NCBI RefSeq assembly: GCF_054482595.1
Contig: NZ_CM137008.1
DNA length: 64,000 nt
Strand: one strand, 5' to 3'
Shown piece by piece: positions 34,550-45,004 of the stretch. Numbering within the stretch: the stretch's first letter is position 1; every line of letters begins with the position of its first letter. Below the pieces are notes generated by a model. That model made no database searches. It was not told the origin of the DNA and was given only the letters and a program-made list of their open reading frames with translations. Made by a program: the position numbers and the translations under genes.

Positions 34550-34920
34550 ACTCCCATTCTTACTTTGTAACAAGCCGGTACATTACCCACCGGCTTGTTA
34601 CCCTCTTGAACTATCCCACTACTAATCATGCTTACTAAAGTCAAATTAACCATGCAATTAACCACACTTAGTTAAACAGCCATAAATCCCCTAATACAAA
34701 TGTATGAATATGAAAAAACATACGATATTCGCTGTCACCGAAAAATAATTACGATGGGCTATACTCTTCTGAAGAACAGTAGCGTAGATTGAAACTGTCC
34801 TAAGTCGCTTATTTCTTTTCAGTATATCTTCATATTTCAGGAGAATATGGTGCAGTTAGTCGATCTCGCACGTTGCGTTTTGATTCCGTCTGATTTCCCA
34901 GCCTTATAAGGGTGTGAATT

Positions 34921-36303
34921 ATGGAGATGTATTTTAAAAGAATGAAAGATGAGTGGACCGGACTTGTCGAACAGGCAGATCCGCCCATTCGAGCTAAAGC
35001 CGCGGAAATTGCCGTTGCGCATGCTCATTATCTGAGTATTGAGTTTTATCGAATTGTCCGCATCGACCCGCATGCCGAAGAATTCTTGAGTAATGAACAA
35101 GTTGAGCGGCAGTTGAAAAGTGCGATGGAACGCTGGATTATTAACGTGCTTTCTGCCCAGGTTGACGATGTCGAAAGGCTAATACAAATCCAGCATACCG
35201 TCGCGGAAGTGCATGCCCGCATAGGAATTCCGGTAGAAATTGTCGAGATGGGGTTTCGGGTGCTGAAAAAGATCCTCTATCCGGTAATCTTCTCTTCGGA
35301 TTATTCTGCCGCAGAAAAACTTCAGGTCTACCATTTCTCGATTAACAGTATTGATATCGCTATGGAAGTGATGACCCGCGCGTTTACCTTTAGTGACAGT
35401 AGTGCCTCAAAAGAAGATGAAAACTATCGTATCTTCTCGTTACTGGAAAACGCCGAAGAAGAAAAAGAACGGCAAATAGCCTCAATACTTTCATGGGAAA
35501 TAGATATCATCTATAAAATCCTGCTGGATTCTGATTTAGGCAGTAGTTTGCCTTTAAGCCAGGCTGATTTTGGCCTGTGGTTTAACCATAAAGGTCGACA
35601 TTATTTCAGCGGCATTGCTGAAGTGGGCCATATCTCTCGTCTGATTCAGGATTTCGACGGTATTTTCAATCAAACCATGCGTAACACCAGGAATTTGAAT
35701 AACAGAAGTCTGCGGGTGAAATTTTTATTACAGATAAGAAATACCGTATCGCAAATTATTACCTTGCTGCGTGAATTGTTTGAAGAAGTATCGCGCCACG
35801 AAGTCGGTATGGATGTACTGACGAAATTACTTAACCGCCGTTTCCTGCCGACTATCTTCAAACGCGAAATTGCCCATGCCAACCGGACCGGTACACCGCT
35901 GTCAGTGCTGATTATTGACGTTGATAAATTCAAAGAGATCAACGATACGTGGGGCCATAACACTGGCGATGAAATTCTGCGTAAAGTCTCTCAGGCCTTT
36001 TATGACAACGTCCGCAGTAGTGATTATGTTTTCCGCTACGGGGGCGATGAATTTATCATTGTTTTGACTGAAGCTTCTGAAAACGAAACGTTACGTACCG
36101 CAGAACGTATTCGCAGTCGGGTGGAGAAAACCAAACTGAAAGCCGCAAACGGCGAAGATATTGCCCTCTCACTTTCCATCGGTGCCGCCATGTTTAATGG
36201 TCATCCTGACTATGAGCGCCTCATTCAAATAGCCGATGAAGCTCTGTATATCGCCAAAAGACGAGGTAGAAACCGTGTTGAACTCTGGAAAGCCAGTCTT
36301 TAG
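34921..36303 (+). CDS. dosC: Globin-coupled diguanylate cyclase, oxygen sensor (460 aa)
   Basis: N-terminal sensor globin region, C-terminal GGDEF domain with RYGGDEF. Confidence 0.9.
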   Translation: MEMYFKRMKDEWTGLVEQADPPIRAKAAEIAVAHAHYLSIEFYRIVRIDPHAEEFLSNEQVERQLKSAMERWIINVLSAQVDDVERLIQIQHTVAEVHARIGIPVEIVEMGFRVLKKILYPVIFSSDYSAAEKLQVYHFSINSIDIAMEVMTRAFTFSDSSASKEDENYRIFSLLENAEEEKERQIASILSWEIDIIYKILLDSDLGSSLPLSQADFGLWFNHKGRHYFSGIAEVGHISRLIQDFDGIFNQTMRNTRNLNNRSLRVKFLLQIRNTVSQIITLLRELFEEVSRHEVGMDVLTKLLNRRFLPTIFKREIAHANRTGTPLSVLIIDVDKFKEINDTWGHNTGDEILRKVSQAFYDNVRSSDYVFRYGGDEFIIVLTEASENETLRTAERIRSRVEKTKLKAANGEDIALSLSIGAAMFNGHPDYERLIQIADEALYIAKRRGRNRVELWKASL

Positions 36304-36327
36304 ATGCGCCAGGATGCAGAGGTAATC

Positions 36328-38727
36328 ATGAAGCTAACCGATGCGGATAATGCCGCCGATGGCATTTTTTTCCCCGCCCTTGAGCAAAATATGATGGGTG
36401 CGGTGTTAATTAACGAAAATGATGAAGTGATGTTTTTCAACCCCGCCGCAGAGAAGCTCTGGGGGTACAAACGTGAAGAAGTCATTGGCAATAACATTGA
36501 TATGCTGATTCCGCGGGATTTGCGTCCTGCGCATCCTGAATACATTCGTCATAACCGTGAAGGCGGTAAAGCGCGCGTCGAGGGGATGAGTCGGGAGCTG
36601 CAGCTGGAGAAAAAAGACGGCAGTAAAATCTGGACCCGTTTTGCGCTATCAAAAGTGAGCGCCGAGGGGAAAGTTTATTACCTGGCGCTGGTACGGGATG
36701 CCAGCGTAGAAATGGCGCAAAAAGAACAGACCAGGCAATTGATTATTGCCGTTGACCATCTCGACCGACCGGTGATTGTCCTCGATCCGGAACGCCATAT
36801 TGTGCAGTGCAATCGCGCATTTACCGAAATGTTTGGTTACTGCATTAGCGAAGCCAGCGGTATGCAGCCCGATACACTCCTGAACATTCCTGAATTCCCT
36901 GCCGATAACCGCATTCGTTTACAACAGTTGCTATGGAAAACCGCCCGCGATCAGGACGAATTTCTGCTGTTGACGCGCACCGGTGAAAAAATCTGGATTA
37001 AAGCTTCTATCAGCCCGGTTTATGACGTGCTCGCGCATCTGCAGAACCTGGTAATGACCTTCTCGGATATCACCGAAGAACGGCAAATCCGCCAGCTTGA
37101 AGGCAATATTCTCGCCGCCATGTGCAGCAGCCCGCCATTTCATGAAATGGGGGAAATCATTTGTCGTAATATCGAATCTGTTCTCAACGAATCGCATGTT
37201 TCGCTGTTCGCACTGCGCAACGGGATGCCGATACACTGGGCGTCATCTTCCCACGGTGCAGAAGTTCAAAATGCGCAAAGCTGGTCAGCGACCATTCGTC
37301 AGCGTGATGGCGCGCCTGCGGGGATCCTGCAAATTAAAACCTCGTCAGGAGCAGAAACCAGCGCCTTTATCGAACGCGTGGCAGATATCAGCCAGCATAT
37401 GGCCGCGCTGGCGCTGGAACAGGAAAAAAGCCGTCAGCATATTGAACAACTCATCCAATTTGATCCGATGACCGGTCTGCCAAATCGCAATAACCTGCAC
37501 AATTACCTCGATGACCTGGTCGACAAAGCCGTCTCTCCGGTGGTGTATCTCATCGGTGTTGACCATATTCAGGATGTGATTGATAGCCTTGGCTATGCGT
37601 GGGCCGATCAGGCATTGCTGGAAGTGGTCAATCGCTTTCGTGAAAAACTCAAACCGGATCAGTATCTCTGTCGTATCGAAGGTACGCAGTTTGTCCTCGT
37701 GAGCCTGGAAAACGACGTCAGTAACATTACCCAAATCGCCGATGAGCTACGGAATGTGGTCAGCAAGCCGATAATGATTGACGATAAACCCTTCCCGCTT
37801 ACCTTGAGTATTGGCATCAGCTACGACGTGGGTAAAAACCGCGATTACCTGCTCTCCACTGCTCACAATGCAATGGATTATATTCGCAAGAATGGCGGTA
37901 ACGGCTGGCAGTTCTTCAGCCCGGCGATGAACGAAATGGTAAAAGAGCGTTTGGTTTTAGGCGCAGCGCTGAAAGAGGCGATTAGCAATAACCAACTGAA
38001 ACTGGTTTACCAGCCGCAAATCTTCGCAGAAACGGGTGAACTGTACGGCATCGAAGCCCTTGCTCGCTGGCACGATCCCCAGCATGGTCATGTGCCCCCT
38101 TCACGGTTTATTCCTCTCGCAGAAGAGATTGGTGAAATCGAAAATATTGGGCGCTGGGTCATCGCGGAAGCTTGCCGTCAGTTAGCAGAATGGCGTAGCC
38201 AGAATATTCATATCCCGGCGTTATCCGTGAACTTGTCGGCGCTGCACTTTCGCAGTAATCAACTGCCTAATCAGGTGTCTGATGCAATGCAAGCCTGGGG
38301 TATTGACGGCCACCAGCTGACGGTGGAAATCACGGAAAGCATGATGATGGAACACGATACCGAAATCTTTAAGCGCATTCAGATCCTGCGTGATATGGGC
38401 GTGGGTTTATCGGTAGATGATTTTGGCACGGGCTTTTCCGGATTATCCCGCTTAGTCAGTCTTCCGGTAACGGAAATCAAAATTGACAAAAGTTTTGTCG
38501 ATCGTTGTCTGACGGAAAAACGCATCCTTGCCTTACTTGAAGCCATTACCAGCATTGGGCAAAGCCTCAATTTAACCGTCGTGGCGGAAGGCGTCGAAAC
38601 CAAAGAGCAATTTGAGATGCTACGTAAGATCCACTGTCGAGTTATTCAGGGATATTTCTTTTCCCGCCCCCTACCCGCCGAAGAAATTCCAGGCTGGATG
38701 AGCAGCGTGTTACCGCTGAAAATCTGA
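36328..38727 (+). CDS. dosP: Haem-PAS c-di-GMP phosphodiesterase, oxygen sensor (799 aa)
   Basis: PAS domains, degenerate GGDEF and EAL domain; track ORF begins 8 codons upstream, I chose MKLTDADNAADG. Confidence 0.9.
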   Translation: MKLTDADNAADGIFFPALEQNMMGAVLINENDEVMFFNPAAEKLWGYKREEVIGNNIDMLIPRDLRPAHPEYIRHNREGGKARVEGMSRELQLEKKDGSKIWTRFALSKVSAEGKVYYLALVRDASVEMAQKEQTRQLIIAVDHLDRPVIVLDPERHIVQCNRAFTEMFGYCISEASGMQPDTLLNIPEFPADNRIRLQQLLWKTARDQDEFLLLTRTGEKIWIKASISPVYDVLAHLQNLVMTFSDITEERQIRQLEGNILAAMCSSPPFHEMGEIICRNIESVLNESHVSLFALRNGMPIHWASSSHGAEVQNAQSWSATIRQRDGAPAGILQIKTSSGAETSAFIERVADISQHMAALALEQEKSRQHIEQLIQFDPMTGLPNRNNLHNYLDDLVDKAVSPVVYLIGVDHIQDVIDSLGYAWADQALLEVVNRFREKLKPDQYLCRIEGTQFVLVSLENDVSNITQIADELRNVVSKPIMIDDKPFPLTLSIGISYDVGKNRDYLLSTAHNAMDYIRKNGGNGWQFFSPAMNEMVKERLVLGAALKEAISNNQLKLVYQPQIFAETGELYGIEALARWHDPQHGHVPPSRFIPLAEEIGEIENIGRWVIAEACRQLAEWRSQNIHIPALSVNLSALHFRSNQLPNQVSDAMQAWGIDGHQLTVEITESMMMEHDTEIFKRIQILRDMGVGLSVDDFGTGFSGLSRLVSLPVTEIKIDKSFVDRCLTEKRILALLEAITSIGQSLNLTVVAEGVETKEQFEMLRKIHCRVIQGYFFSRPLPAEEIPGWMSSVLPLKI

Positions 38728-38924
38728 CAAATTCCTCTCGCCCGCACTCGCGGGTTTTCATTTAACGTGACACTGTCACTTAAATACTGTGATTTCAGCT
38801 ACGATTCCGGGAGATTCCTTCCTTAACTTCCCCTCTTGCACCAAAACTGCACTACGCTGCACAAATGTTGATCAAAAGTTAAAAAATATAACTTTAAGCC
38901 AGCATTCTGGCGCTTATCCCGGCA

Positions 38925-38941
38925 TGGCATGAGATCTGCAT
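38925..38941 (+). promoter_or_regulatory. Candidate sigma-54 promoter (TGGCAT-N5-CTGCAT) for the ddp operon
   Basis: GG and GC elements with correct spacing about 45 bp upstream of ddpX; NtrC-like half-site TGCACCA at approx 38837-38863. Confidence 0.5.
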
Positions 38942-38984
38942 AAGCGGAAAGCGCAGCAATTTTTGTCTTATACAGGAACCGTTT

Positions 38985-39566
38985 ATGTCGGATACCACCG
39001 AACTGGTTGATTTAGCCGTGATCTTCCCTGATCTGGAGATCGAATTGAAATACGCCTGCGCTGATAACATCACAGGTAAAGCTATTTATCAGCAAGCGCG
39101 TTGTCTGTTACACAAGGATGCGATTACCGCGCTGGCGAAAAGTATCAGTATCGCCCAGCTCTCAGGCTTACAACTGGTGATTTACGATGCGTACCGCCCA
39201 CAACAAGCACAGGCGATGTTGTGGCAAGCCTGCCCAGACCCGCAATATGTTGTTGATGTGACGGTCGGTTCTAATCACAGCCGTGGCACGGCGATCGACC
39301 TGACGCTTCGTGATGAGCACGGGAACATCCTCGATATGGGCGCAGGGTTCGATGAAATGCACGAGCGCTCCCATGCCTATCACCCTTCCGTCCCGCCCGC
39401 CGCTCAGCGCAATCGCCTGTTGCTGAATGCGATAATGACTGGTGGCGGTTTTGTCGGTATCTCCAGCGAATGGTGGCACTTCGAATTACCCCAGGCAGCG
39501 AGTTACCCACTGCTCGCTGATCAATTCACCTGTTTTATATCCCCTGGCACACAGCACGTCAGTTAA
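38985..39566 (+). CDS. ddpX: D-Ala-D-Ala dipeptidase, VanX homologue (193 aa)
   Basis: Size and family sequence; first gene of the ddp operon. Confidence 0.9.
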   Translation: MSDTTELVDLAVIFPDLEIELKYACADNITGKAIYQQARCLLHKDAITALAKSISIAQLSGLQLVIYDAYRPQQAQAMLWQACPDPQYVVDVTVGSNHSRGTAIDLTLRDEHGNILDMGAGFDEMHERSHAYHPSVPPAAQRNRLLLNAIMTGGGFVGISSEWWHFELPQAASYPLLADQFTCFISPGTQHVS

Positions 39567-39579
39567 TCAGGAAACTGTC

Positions 39580-41130
39580 ATGAAAAGATCGATATCGTTT
39601 CGTCCTACATTGCTCGCGCTCGTCCTTGCCACAACTTTCCCGGTTGCGCACGCCGCCGTACCGAAAGATATGCTGGTGATTGGTAAGGCCGCCGATCCAC
39701 AAACCCTCGACCCGGCGGTAACAATAGATAATAACGACTGGACGGTGACCTACCCGTCTTATCAGCGGCTGGTTCAGTACAAAACGGACGGTGATAAAGG
39801 CTCAACCGACGTTGAAGGCGATCTGGCGAGTGGCTGGAAAGCGTCTGACGATCAAAAAGAGTGGACGTTCACCCTGAAGGACAATGCTAAATTTGCCGAT
39901 GGCACACCCGTCACTGCCGAAGCAGTAAAACTCTCTTTTGAGCGGTTACTAAAAATCGGCCAGGGGCCAGCAGAAGCATTTCCCAAAGATTTAAAGATTG
40001 ATGCTCCCGACGAACATACGGTGAAGTTTACCCTTAGCCAGCCATTTGCACCGTTCCTCTACACGCTGGCGAATGACGGTGCATCCATTATCAATCCGGC
40101 GGTGTTAAAGGAACATGCGGCGGATGATGCCCGCGGCTTCCTCGCGCAAAATACCGCCGGTTCCGGACCATTTATGCTGAAAAGCTGGCAAAAAGGTCAG
40201 CAATTAGTTCTGGTGCCAAATCCGCATTACCCTGGCAATAAACCGAACTTTAAGCGAGTATCGGTAAAAATTATTGGTGAAAGTGCCTCCCGTCGCCTGC
40301 AGCTCTCCCGTGGCGACATTGACATTGCCGATGCGCTGCCGGTGGATCAACTCAACGCCCTGAAGCAGGAAAATAAAGTCAATGTGGCAGAGTATCCGTC
40401 ACTGCGCGTCACCTATCTGTATCTGAATAACAGCAAAGCGCCACTTAATCAGGCGGATCTGCGGCGGGCCATTTCCTGGTCTACCGATTATCAGGGCATG
40501 GTTAACGGCATTCTGAGTGGTAACGGAAAACAGATGCGCGGCCCGATTCCGGAAGGCATGTGGGGCTACGATGCGACGGCAATGCAATACAACCATGACG
40601 AAACGAAAGCCAAAGCTGAATGGGATAAAGTGACGAACAAACCCACCAGCCTGACGTTTCTCTATTCTGATAATGATCCGAACTGGGAGCCTATTGCTCT
40701 GGCGACACAATCCAGTCTCAACAAGCTGGGCATCAATGTGAAGCTGGAAAAGCTGGCGAACGCCACCATGCGCGACAGAGTGGGTAAAGGTGATTACGAC
40801 ATTGCGATTGGCAACTGGAGTCCGGATTTTGCCGACCCGTATATGTTTATGAATTACTGGTTTGAGTCAGACAAAAAAGGTCTGCCGGGTAACCGCTCGT
40901 TCTATGAAAACAGTGAGGTCGATAAGTTACTGCGCAATGCGCTCGCGACCACCGACCAGACGCAGCGTACCCGGAACTACCAGCAGGCACAGAAAATCGT
41001 CATTGATGACGCTGCTTATGTGTACCTGTTCCAGAAAAACTACCAACTGGCGATGAACAAAGAGGTGAAAGGCTTTGTGTTCAATCCCATGCTGGAACAG
41101 GTCTTCAATATCAATACCATGAGTAAATAA
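39580..41130 (+). CDS. ddpA: Dipeptide ABC transporter periplasmic binding protein (516 aa)
   Basis: Signal peptide MKRSISFRPTLLALVLATTFPVAHA; family 5 solute-binding protein; track ORF starts 46 codons upstream. Confidence 0.9.
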   Translation: MKRSISFRPTLLALVLATTFPVAHAAVPKDMLVIGKAADPQTLDPAVTIDNNDWTVTYPSYQRLVQYKTDGDKGSTDVEGDLASGWKASDDQKEWTFTLKDNAKFADGTPVTAEAVKLSFERLLKIGQGPAEAFPKDLKIDAPDEHTVKFTLSQPFAPFLYTLANDGASIINPAVLKEHAADDARGFLAQNTAGSGPFMLKSWQKGQQLVLVPNPHYPGNKPNFKRVSVKIIGESASRRLQLSRGDIDIADALPVDQLNALKQENKVNVAEYPSLRVTYLYLNNSKAPLNQADLRRAISWSTDYQGMVNGILSGNGKQMRGPIPEGMWGYDATAMQYNHDETKAKAEWDKVTNKPTSLTFLYSDNDPNWEPIALATQSSLNKLGINVKLEKLANATMRDRVGKGDYDIAIGNWSPDFADPYMFMNYWFESDKKGLPGNRSFYENSEVDKLLRNALATTDQTQRTRNYQQAQKIVIDDAAYVYLFQKNYQLAMNKEVKGFVFNPMLEQVFNINTMSK

Positions 41131-41131
41131 C

Positions 41132-42154
41132 GTGACCTTCTGGAGTATTTTACGCCAACGCTGCTGGGGGCTGGTGCTCGTGGTGGCGGGCGTCTGCGTG
41201 ATTACGTTTATTATCTCGCATCTGATCCCCGGCGATCCGGCGCGGTTACTGGCGGGTGACCGCGCCAGCGATGCTATCGTGGAAAATATTCGCCAGCAAC
41301 TGGGACTGGACCAGCCACTGTATGTACAGTTTTACCGCTACGTCAGCGACCTGTTTCATGGTGACCTGGGAACATCCATTCGTACCGGGCGTCCGGTGCT
41401 GGAAGAGTTGCGTATATTTTTCCCGGCGACGCTGGAGCTGGCTTTTTGTGCCCTGCTGCTGGCACTCTTGATTGGCATCCCGCTGGGCATACTCTCTGCA
41501 GTCTGGCGAAATCGCTGGCTGGATCATCTGGTGCGAATAATGGCCATTACCGGAATCTCCACACCTGCGTTCTGGCTTGGACTGGGCGTCATTGTGCTGT
41601 TTTATGGTCATCTGCAAATTCTTCCCGGCGGCGGAAGGCTTGATGACTGGCTGGATCCACCAACGCACGTTACCGGCTTTTATCTGCTCGATGCGCTGCT
41701 TGAAGGCAACGGTGAAGTATTCTTCAATGCGTTGCAACATCTCATCTTACCGGCATTAACGCTGGCGTTCGTTCACCTGGGAATTGTCGCTCGCCAGATC
41801 CGCTCAGCGATGCTGGAACAATTGAGTGAAGACTACATTCGTACCGCCCGGGCCAGCGGCTTGCCCGGCTGGTATATCGTTTTATGTTATGCGCTACCCA
41901 ATGCGTTGATCCCATCGATTACCGTATTGGGTCTGGCGCTGGGCGATTTGTTGTATGGCGCAGTGCTCACCGAAACCGTTTTTGCCTGGCCCGGAATGGG
42001 GGCATGGGTAGTGACATCAATACAGGCGCTCGACTTCCCTGCGGTGATGGGATTTGCCGTCGTGGTTTCGTTTGCTTATGTGCTGGTCAACCTGGTAGTG
42101 GATTTGCTCTATTTGTGGATTGATCCGCGTATCGGACGTGGAGGTGATGAATGA
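41132..42154 (+). CDS. ddpB: Dipeptide ABC transporter permease (340 aa), GTG start
   Basis: DppB-like permease with EAA loop region. Confidence 0.9.
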   Translation: MTFWSILRQRCWGLVLVVAGVCVITFIISHLIPGDPARLLAGDRASDAIVENIRQQLGLDQPLYVQFYRYVSDLFHGDLGTSIRTGRPVLEELRIFFPATLELAFCALLLALLIGIPLGILSAVWRNRWLDHLVRIMAITGISTPAFWLGLGVIVLFYGHLQILPGGGRLDDWLDPPTHVTGFYLLDALLEGNGEVFFNALQHLILPALTLAFVHLGIVARQIRSAMLEQLSEDYIRTARASGLPGWYIVLCYALPNALIPSITVLGLALGDLLYGAVLTETVFAWPGMGAWVVTSIQALDFPAVMGFAVVVSFAYVLVNLVVDLLYLWIDPRIGRGGDE

Positions 42155-43047
42155 TGCTAAGCGAGGAAACGTCCGCCGTACGCCCAGCAAAACAAACGCG
42201 ATTTAACGGTGCAAAACTGGTATGGATGCTGAAAGGCAGTCCGCTCACCGTGACCGGCGCAGTCATCATTGTATTAATGCTATTGATGATGATTTTTTCA
42301 CCGTGGCTTGCGACGCATGATCCCAACGCCATTGATTTAACCGCCCGCCTTTTGCCGCCTTCTGCGGCGCACTGGTTTGGCACCGATGAAGTGGGACGCG
42401 ATCTGTTCAGCCGCGTACTGGTCGGCAGTCAGCAATCAATTCTCGCCGGATTAGTCGTGGTTGCCATTGCGGGTATGATTGGTTCGCTACTCGGATGTCT
42501 ATCCGGTGTGCTTGGCGGACGCGCAGACGCCATCATCATGCGCATCATGGACATTATGCTGTCGATTCCTTCGTTGGTACTGACAATGGCACTGGCTGCC
42601 GCTCTCGGGCCGAGTTTATTTAACGCCATGCTGGCGATTGCTATTGTGCGAATTCCCTTTTATGTGCGCCTGGCGCGGGGGCAAGCATTAGTTGTACGCC
42701 AGTATACCTATGTTCAGGCGGCGAAAACCTTTGGTGCGTCGCGTTGGCATCTGATCAGCTGGCATATTTTACGTAACTCCCTGCCGCCGCTGATCGTGCA
42801 GGCATCGCTGGATATCGGTAGCGCGATTTTAATGGCCGCCACGTTGGGATTTATTGGCCTGGGTGCTCAACAACCGAGTGCTGAATGGGGCGCGATGGTA
42901 GCAAATGGTCGCAACTATGTACTCGATCAGTGGTGGTATTGCGTATTTCCGGGGGCAGCGATTTTGCTTACCGCCGTCGGGTTTAATCTCTTTGGTGATG
43001 GTATTCGCGATCTGCTTGACCCGAAAGCAGGAGGAAAGCAGTCATGA
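42151..43047 (+). CDS. ddpC: Dipeptide ABC transporter permease (298 aa)
   Basis: DppC-like permease; 4-bp overlap with ddpB. Confidence 0.9.
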   Translation: MMLSEETSAVRPAKQTRFNGAKLVWMLKGSPLTVTGAVIIVLMLLMMIFSPWLATHDPNAIDLTARLLPPSAAHWFGTDEVGRDLFSRVLVGSQQSILAGLVVVAIAGMIGSLLGCLSGVLGGRADAIIMRIMDIMLSIPSLVLTMALAAALGPSLFNAMLAIAIVRIPFYVRLARGQALVVRQYTYVQAAKTFGASRWHLISWHILRNSLPPLIVQASLDIGSAILMAATLGFIGLGAQQPSAEWGAMVANGRNYVLDQWWYCVFPGAAILLTAVGFNLFGDGIRDLLDPKAGGKQS

Positions 43048-44030
43048 CCCAACCCGTTCTGGACATTCAACAGCTGCATTTGAGTTTCCCCGGTTTTAAC
43101 GGTGATGTTCACGCGCTCAACAATGTGTCCTTGCAGATTAACCGCGGTGAAATTGTCGGTCTGGTGGGAGAATCCGGCTCAGGTAAATCAGTCACCGCAA
43201 TGCTGATTATGCGTCTGCTACCGACGGGCAGTTATTGCGTACATCGGGGGCAGATTTCACTGCTGGGAGACGATGTTCTTAACGCTCGGGAAAAACAGCT
43301 TCGTCAGTGGCGCGGCGCACGAGTGGCGATGATCTTTCAGGAACCGATGACCGCCCTCAATCCGACACGTCGAATAGGTCTTCAGATGATGGACGTGATC
43401 CGCCATCATCAACCAATAAGCCGTCGGGAAGCCAGAGCTAAAGCGATTGACCTGCTGGAAGAGATGCAAATCCCGGATGCCGTGGAAGTTATGTCGCGCT
43501 ATCCGTTTGAGCTTTCAGGTGGTATGCGCCAGCGGGTAATGATTGCGCTGGCATTCTCCTGCGAGCCGCAATTGATTATTGCCGACGAACCGACTACGGC
43601 GCTGGACGTCACGGTACAGTTGCAGGTACTGCGTTTGCTTAAACATAAAGCCCGCGCCAGTGGAACTGCGGTACTGTTCATCAGCCATGATATGGCCGTG
43701 GTATCGCAACTGTGCGATAGCGTTTACGTGATGTATGCCGGAAGCGTAATTGAAAGCGGCGTGACGGCAGACGTTATCCATCATCCCCGGCATCCGTATA
43801 CCATTGGTTTGCTGCAATGCGCACCAGAACATGGAGTACCACGCCAGCCATTACCCGCCATTCCAGGGACGGTACCAAACCTCACCCATTTGCCTGACGG
43901 CTGCGCTTTTCGCGATCGTTGCTATGCGGCAGGTGCACAGTGTGAAAACGTCCCGGCGCTGACAGCGTGTGGTGACAACAACCAGCGCTGCGCCTGTTGG
44001 TATCCGCAGCAGGAGGTCATAAGTGTCTGA
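43044..44030 (+). CDS. ddpD: Dipeptide ABC transporter ATPase (328 aa)
   Basis: Walker A GESGSGKS, signature LSGGMRQR. Confidence 0.9.
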   Translation: MTQPVLDIQQLHLSFPGFNGDVHALNNVSLQINRGEIVGLVGESGSGKSVTAMLIMRLLPTGSYCVHRGQISLLGDDVLNAREKQLRQWRGARVAMIFQEPMTALNPTRRIGLQMMDVIRHHQPISRREARAKAIDLLEEMQIPDAVEVMSRYPFELSGGMRQRVMIALAFSCEPQLIIADEPTTALDVTVQLQVLRLLKHKARASGTAVLFISHDMAVVSQLCDSVYVMYAGSVIESGVTADVIHHPRHPYTIGLLQCAPEHGVPRQPLPAIPGTVPNLTHLPDGCAFRDRCYAAGAQCENVPALTACGDNNQRCACWYPQQEVISV

Positions 44031-44949
44031 CACGTTATTAACGTTACGCGACGTCCATATCAATTTCCCGGCCCGTAAAAACTGGCTTGGTAAAACTACG
44101 GAACATGTTCATGCCATTAATGGTATTGATTTACAGATCCGCCGTGGTGAAACCTTAGGGATCGTCGGCGAGTCAGGCTGCGGCAAAAGCACCCTCGCAC
44201 AGCTTTTAATGGGTATGCTGCAACCGAGCCACGGGCAATACATCCGTTCTGGCTCACAACGCATTTTGCAGATGGTGTTTCAGGACCCGCTCTCTTCGCT
44301 CAATCCGCGCTTACCGGTGTGGCGCATCATCACAGAACCGCTCTGGATAGCTAAGCGTAGTAGTGAACAACAGCGGCGAGCGTTGGCAGAGGAGCTGGCT
44401 GTGCAGGTGGGTATTCGTCCGGAGTATCTCGACCGCCTGCCTCATGCGTTCTCCGGCGGGCAGCGGCAACGCATCGCCATTGCCAGAGCACTCTCTTCGC
44501 AGCCTGACGTGATTGTGCTTGATGAGCCAACCTCAGCGCTGGATATCTCCGTGCAGGCGCAGATCCTCAATTTACTGGTAACGCTACAGGAAAATCACGG
44601 GCTGACTTATGTGCTGATTTCACACAATGTCTCGGTGATACGTCATATGAGCGATCGGGTGGCGGTGATGTATCTCGGGCAGATTGTGGAATTAGGGGAA
44701 GCGCAACAGGTGCTAACGGCTCCGGCACATCCATACACCCGATTATTGCTGGATTCTCTCCCCGCCATTGATAAACCGCTGGAGGAAGAATGGGCATTAC
44801 GTAAAACGGATCTGCCGGGAAACCGCACGTTGCCGCAAGGCTGTTTTTTCTACGAACGTTGCCCTCTGGCAACCCACGGATGTGAAGTCCGGCAATCATT
44901 AGCAATAAGGGAGGACGGACGTGAGCTCCGGTGCTGGCGGGCGCTGTAG
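44023..44949 (+). CDS. ddpF: Dipeptide ABC transporter ATPase (308 aa)
   Basis: Walker A GESGCGKST, signature FSGGQRQR. Confidence 0.9.
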   Translation: MSDTLLTLRDVHINFPARKNWLGKTTEHVHAINGIDLQIRRGETLGIVGESGCGKSTLAQLLMGMLQPSHGQYIRSGSQRILQMVFQDPLSSLNPRLPVWRIITEPLWIAKRSSEQQRRALAEELAVQVGIRPEYLDRLPHAFSGGQRQRIAIARALSSQPDVIVLDEPTSALDISVQAQILNLLVTLQENHGLTYVLISHNVSVIRHMSDRVAVMYLGQIVELGEAQQVLTAPAHPYTRLLLDSLPAIDKPLEEEWALRKTDLPGNRTLPQGCFFYERCPLATHGCEVRQSLAIREDGRELRCWRAL

Positions 44950-45004
44950 AGATGCTAACAACGCATCAGGCATTCACGCGCCTGACGCGTCATCCGGCAA
45001 TGCT

